In this document: piece by piece, positions 61,087 through 64,000 of the stretch
Numbering within the stretch: position 1 is the stretch's first letter
Layout of the letters: every line of letters begins with the position of its first letter
Notes under the pieces: model-generated
The model's database searches: none
What the model was told of the DNA's origin: nothing
What the model saw: the letters and a program-made list of their open reading frames with translations, nothing else
Origin: Candidatus Zipacnadia bacterium
GTDB lineage: Bacteria; Armatimonadota; Zipacnadia; Zipacnadales; UBA5352
Length of the DNA: 64,000 nt
Direction of reading: 5' to 3'
Assembly: GCA_029821735.1 (NCBI GenBank)
Contig: JALGSU010000021.1
Coordinates: forward strand, 77,993 to 141,992
Program-made: the position numbers and the translations under genes

Positions 61087-61575
61087 GTGAGTGTAAATGT
61101 GATCGCCGGTCGGATAATGCAGTCGCTGGGCATGGGTGGCAAGCAGCCCGAGCTCACTCGCGATCAGGCCTTTGAGGCCCGACCGGTTCGCAATCCTGAA
61201 CTGAAGTGGCGCGTCAATGACGAAGAGTGCGTTGAGGTAGTTATCCCGCGCCGCCAGGACCGCATTGGCCGCATCATGGGATTCGTCTTCGCAGTGCCTG
61301 AGAGCCGCCCCGTCATTCTCGACGACGTGGGTACCTTCGTGTGGGGGCTGTGTGACGGCGAGAACACGGTCGCGGACCTCGTCACTTCCTTGCGCGACGA
61401 GTACAAGCTTGGCGAGCGCGAAGTCGAGGTGTCCCTGACCGAATACCTGCGGCTGCTCGGCAAGCGAGGCATGATCGGCTTCGTCGTGCCCGAAGACGAG
61501 GACGCGGAGACCGACGCGGAGCCCAGCGGCGACGCAGACGCTGAGCCCGAGACCGAGGGCGACGCCGAGGCCTGA
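61087..61575 (+). CDS. PqqD-family (RiPP recognition element-like) protein
   Basis: LDDVGTFVWGLCDGENTVADLV..L...Y....EVEVSLTEYLRLLGKRGMI; acidic tail. Confidence 0.85.
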   Translation: MSVNVIAGRIMQSLGMGGKQPELTRDQAFEARPVRNPELKWRVNDEECVEVVIPRRQDRIGRIMGFVFAVPESRPVILDDVGTFVWGLCDGENTVADLVTSLRDEYKLGEREVEVSLTEYLRLLGKRGMIGFVVPEDEDAETDAEPSGDADAEPETEGDAEA

Positions 61576-61610
61576 GGCCATTTGGGCCTGCGGCAAAGGG
61601 GTCAGGTCAG

Positions 61611-62453
61611 ATGCCCAGAAACATCATGGTCGGTTACGATGGATCGCGCCTGTCGCAGGTGGCGGCCGAGCAGGCGCTGGCGCTGGCTGAAGCCGTCGGT
61701 GCCCGAGTGCGCGTGGTGCATGTGCAGCACGCCCCCGACACCGGCGACGAGTTCGCGGCCGGCGAGCGCGAGGTGGACGTGGTGCGCGCCGCCATGCCTC
61801 CCGCGGGCGCCGAGGACGATGCCGACGAACTCCCCGACGAGATCATGGACATGGAGGACCTGCGCCTCCAGTGCGAGCGGCGGCACATCGTGTGCGAAGA
61901 GGAGTTCCTGTATGGGCGCAGCCCCGGCCCGCGCCTGCTGCGGCACAGCTGGCTCACCGATCTGCTGGTGCTGGGACGGGGCAAGGAGCGAGGGCGTCGC
62001 TCGGCGGACGTGGGGCCAACCACCGAATTCCTGCTCTCCGAGTTGGTGTCGCCAACGCTCGTCTGTGCCCGGCAGTACATTGAGGTCCGCTCTGTGCTGG
62101 TGCCCTACAAAGTGTCCATCAGCGGCGGGCGTGCGCTCTCGTTTGCGGCACGCCTGTGCGAGGAGATCAACGCTTCGCTCAACGTGCTGGTGTGCGAACC
62201 GAACCGTCACGAGGCGGGTAAGGCGTTGGAGCAGGCCGAACGGGCGTTGCGAGCCTATAACGTCGAGGGTGAACACGCCATATCGCTGACGCCGCCGCTG
62301 GAAGCGCTGCGCACCGCGGCCCTTGCCCGCGACGTCTCCCTGATCATCGTCCCCGGCGCTCACAAGCGCAACTATCTGCTTCCCTGGTCACGCAACGAAG
62401 TGCTCTGGCGTGCGCTGGAGTTGCCCACCACAGCCGTGCTGGCCTATCCGTAG
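61611..62453 (+). CDS. Tandem-domain universal stress protein
   Basis: NIMVGYDGSRLS, DLLVLGR, PTLV; second degenerate USP domain. Confidence 0.85.
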   Translation: MPRNIMVGYDGSRLSQVAAEQALALAEAVGARVRVVHVQHAPDTGDEFAAGEREVDVVRAAMPPAGAEDDADELPDEIMDMEDLRLQCERRHIVCEEEFLYGRSPGPRLLRHSWLTDLLVLGRGKERGRRSADVGPTTEFLLSELVSPTLVCARQYIEVRSVLVPYKVSISGGRALSFAARLCEEINASLNVLVCEPNRHEAGKALEQAERALRAYNVEGEHAISLTPPLEALRTAALARDVSLIIVPGAHKRNYLLPWSRNEVLWRALELPTTAVLAYP

Positions 62454-62475
62454 AGGGCAGGAGCCCTGGCCGCGT

Positions 62476-63078
62476 TCAGAAGAGCGTGGGGAATGTGGTC
62501 ACGAGCACGATGGCGGCCATGATGCCCACCAGTATGCCCTTGAGGATGCTCCCCGACATTCGCCCCAGCAGCGCTCCCCAGCCTGTCCGCTTCGCGTCTT
62601 CCGGGGACTTGCCGCGCCGCAGTTCGGACCAGTAACCGCCGAGGAAGCCGCCCAGCATGCCCAGCCCTATAGGCGGTATCACGCTGACCAGCACTACTCC
62701 GACCGGCCCGCCCAGGATGCCGATCATCCCCAGCAGTGGCGCTACGCCTCCGCCGACCGCTACTCCGACGAAGCCGCCCACCATGGTCCAGACACCCGTT
62801 GAGGTGGTGGCGCCGGTGTTCTTGATACCGGCCAACGCCATCAGGCTCTCCATCAGTTCGGCGAGCAGGGCGATGGCAACGAGGATGATCAGCACCCACC
62901 ACGGCGGACTCTGCCACTGGTGGGCGGCTGAGTAGATGGTGGCGTCGACGATCACGAGCACGCTGCCGGGCAGTCCGAAGAGAGTGCCCGCGACCGCGAC
63001 AGGCAGGGCAAGCACGAAGAGCATCTTGCCCAGCACGATGCCGATGATTTTCAGTATGCCGAGGACCGTCGCCCACAT
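62476..63078 (-). CDS. DUF456 family membrane protein
   Basis: GLPGS, Gly-rich TM segments, GGFLGGYWSE...GWGALLGR..G...K. Confidence 0.8.
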   Translation of the reverse strand: MWATVLGILKIIGIVLGKMLFVLALPVAVAGTLFGLPGSVLVIVDATIYSAAHQWQSPPWWVLIILVAIALLAELMESLMALAGIKNTGATTSTGVWTMVGGFVGVAVGGGVAPLLGMIGILGGPVGVVLVSVIPPIGLGMLGGFLGGYWSELRRGKSPEDAKRTGWGALLGRMSGSILKGILVGIMAAIVLVTTFPTLF

Positions 63079-63112
63079 GGGGCTTTGCTCCCCCCGCCCG
63101 GCTCCGGAACCC

Positions 63113-64000
63113 CTAGTAGACGCGCCGGGTGCTGTGGTACTTGGGCCCGTAATAGCTCGAGTGCAGTGAGTCGATCACCACGCCGCGACGGCTGTTGGCG
63201 GCGTGAATGAACTTGTCGTTGCCGATGTACAGCCCGACGTGCGAGGGGCCTGAGCGATAGGTGTTCTTGAAGACAACGATGTCGCCTACCTGCATCTGGT
63301 CACGTGGCACGTATGTGCCCTCGGAGGCCTGCGTCCGGCTGGACCGGGAGATGCGGACCCCGAGTTGTCGGTAGCAAAACGAGGTGAAGCCGGAGCAGTC
63401 GAAGGTTCGCGGGCCGGAGGTGCCGCGCACGTAGCGGCAGCCCATGTAGTCCATCGCCAGTTCCACGGCCTTGCCGCCCAGACTGGAGGGGGCCGGCACG
63501 TAGTCGCGGCTGCCCGGTGCGGCTCCGCTGCCCGCGTTCTCGTCGCCGCCATCGAGGCCCTGGCGCGCACGGCGTTCCTCGCGCGTGTCGACGAGCCAAC
63601 TCGCCATCCAGCCCGTGGCGCCGTTGTCCAGCGCCACCTTGTACCAATCGCCCTCTTTGTCGAGGATAATGACCTGGGTGCCGAGCGTGGCCTCCGCCAG
63701 TTCCTTCTCGTCAGTGCCCGGGCCCGCGCGCAGGTTGACCTCCGGGCGGGCGACCCAGCCCGCTCGGACTGCTATCTTCGCGTCGCCCTGCTGGACCGTC
63801 ACGTCCTCGCCGGGGCCCTTGAAATTCTGCCCTCGGCGGTCTTCACTTTGCACCAGTGGCCGCTGAGTTCCAGCACCTGGACCTTGGTGCCTTGGCTGAG
63901 GCGCGTCTTGACGTCATGGTCGGTGCCCGGACCATAGCGCACGTTGACCGAGTCCTCGCCGATCCAGCCACTGACGTCCTCCAGAGTCTTTCGCTCGCCA
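63113..64000 (-). CDS. SH3b-repeat NlpC/P60 (C40) cell-wall peptidase, 5' end beyond window, frameshifted near 63828
   Basis: FDCSGF, HVGLY, FIHA catalytic motifs and SH3 VNLRAGPGT. An upstream SH3 (VNVRYGPGT..GTKVQVL..WCKV) lies in a different frame. Confidence 0.9.

Overview
High-GC bacterial chromosomal segment, mostly core and housekeeping genes. The DUF6785 and stand-alone PqqD proteins, tandem PilT genes and Firmicutes-like gene order suggest Armatimonadota or a related lineage; this is an inference. Left to right: a YbhGFS-like ABC exporter, a papain-like peptidase, DUF6785, a secreted 10-EF-hand protein, a heparinase II/III-type lyase, tRNA-Ala(GGC), two PilT/PilU ATPases with a Cys-rich membrane protein, a divergent FecR / CHASE2-cyclase pair, nrdJ, gyrB-gyrA, an orphan histidine kinase, rpiB to wecB, uppP, hppA, argS, rpmB, mtaB, dtd, deoB-pdp, PqqD, USP and an SH3-NlpC/P60 protein. 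I found no CRISPR array, IS element, integrase or prophage. Five genes, including essential argS, are frameshifted, most with conserved residues missing at the junction, which most likely reflects assembly gaps. The best candidates for new biology are the pilT/pilU/Cys-rich membrane protein operon beside the FecR-CHASE2 cyclase, an antisense promoter behind rpmB, two long leaders, and several enzymes with altered catalytic motifs.
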